DNA of 64,000 bases from Octopus vulgaris (Eukaryota): contig OX597829.1 in assembly GCA_951406725.2 (NCBI GenBank), positions 37,882,001-37,946,000 of the forward strand. The letters are read 5' to 3'. The notes beneath the pieces were generated by a model. The model saw nothing but the letters and a program-made list of their open reading frames with translations, made no database searches and was not told the DNA's origin. Of the stretch, positions 62,429 to 64,000 are shown one piece after another. The stretch's first letter is position 1. Every line of letters starts with the position of its first letter. The position numbers and the translations under genes were made by a program.

Positions 62429-64000
62429 TTTATCATCATTGTTATCATTGTTTAACGTCTGTCTTCCATGCATGCATGCATGTGTAGGATGGTTGATAGG
62501 AGCCAGCCACATAGAAAACTACTCTAGGCTACTGTATCTGTTTTGGCAAGGTTTATATGGTTGGATGCCCTTCCTAACAGCAACCACTCCAGATTAGACT
62601 CAGCGCTTTTTATGTGGCACTAACACAGGCAAGGTTAGTTTTGGAAATACAATTAAAAAAAAACAAAAATCTTGTTTTAAATATTACAAAGCCTCTTAGG
62701 AGTAGCAGCCGAAATATATCAAATTTCATCTTACTGTCTTAAAAAAGGAAGGACACATTGGACAGTCTTGTCCCTGGACAAACTAAATCATCAGATAGAC
62801 ATGGTTGGTACACTTTTGATCACAAAGTCTGTGCAGTCAGGGCTTACCTAGAGGCTAAACAAGAGTTATAACTTGTCATATTAGAATCAATGTGATTGTA
62901 TGATGACATTCTGAGTCCAAATGCTGCCAACGTTGGCTTTGCCTTTCATCCATTCAAGGTTGTTAAATAAGCATCTGTTGAGTATTGGGGCTGATGTAGA
63001 TTGACTGGCCCTTTCCACAAAATTTCAGGTTTTGTGCCAATACTAGAAAGAATTATTAATGAATCAGACAAAATGCATAAGATATTTCTTCCAGCTTTAT
63101 GTTCTTAGTTCAAAAGCTGCCAAGGTTTACCTGCCTGTTTTCTTTTTGGGGGTCATTAAATAAATACTTTTTGAGCAATGGGGTTGATGTAATTGAATAG
63201 ACCCCTCCCACAAAATTTCAAGCTTTGTGCCCATAGCAGAAAAAATATGACGGGTAGAAAGAATAGACGTCATTCATTGGTTGAAATTGCAGAAATGCAA
63301 TAAAATAAACAACAAATATCTTACAAACTACAGGATTTTCTCAGGAAAGCCAAGAGAAAAAGATGTTTTATAAACACATTCAATCAGTATACGAAGTTTA
63401 AAAGTGTTTCGGTACAAAGAAATTATTAAAAAAATCTGCCAGTCAAAGCGAAAAGATCCGCTGTTTGTCCCCCAACAAATATGAGGACAGGGGTTTAAAT
63501 TAGGGACTAAGTTAGTACGCAAAGACAGGATGCATGTCTCATCTTTTTCTCAGTCTGTCTGTTTGATATGAGAAACCACTTTTATTTCACAGTTGACTGG
63601 TTTGTATAAAGAAAGATACTGCTCAGCCGGAAACAAAAAAAAAAGTATCTTCCAAACAATATGCTTCATACAAATTAGCAAAATTTGGGTGACAGTAAAA
63701 ATAATAAGCAGTAACAGGCAGGAAAGTATGTGCAGGAAGAAGAATGTGTTTTGTGTGTGTGTGCGTGAGTATGAGTGTAGGAGAATAAAGGAGTTTGCAT
63801 AGATGTTCCTGTGAGTGCGTATTATAGAATCATGCATTAATTTAGGCAGTGTTAAGTAGCTGACACACATCATAACAACAAATCATGAAATGATAATTAA
63901 ATAAATATATTTAGTGTAAGTAAATTACTACTTTATGAAAACTTTTCATCGTGTTTTATATGGGTCAAATGTCATGCTTAAACTGTCAACACACATATCA

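Overview
Eukaryotic, AT-rich, extremely repeat-dense DNA that is almost entirely intronic or intergenic. It is most likely from a coleoid cephalopod (Octopus); this is an inference from the tRNA-derived SINE set, HCDICGKSFS-type zinc-finger relics and microsatellite density. No intact host CDS can be supported, and almost all listed ORFs are microsatellite or repeat artefacts. The window holds dozens of tRNA-derived SINEs (several modular families, many with target-site duplications, TSDs), RTE, CR1 and Dong/R4 LINE fragments, a near-full-length mariner, a decayed Tc1 and a mariner fragment. It also holds a tandem non-autonomous Helitron pair, piggyBac-type (TTAA) MITE multimers, GGATCT-ended MITEs with 8-bp TSDs, a C2H2 zinc-finger relic and a possible promoter near 2.4-2.9 kb. 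The most notable signal is a set of four short, mutually different Penelope-style insertions, each carrying a degenerate minimal hammerhead-ribozyme motif. One of these (23878-24221) is fused to a tRNA-like Pol III head, making it a candidate tRNA-headed, hammerhead-bearing, Penelope-mobilised SINE/retrozyme. All calls were made by eye, no database searches were run, and many boundaries are approximate.
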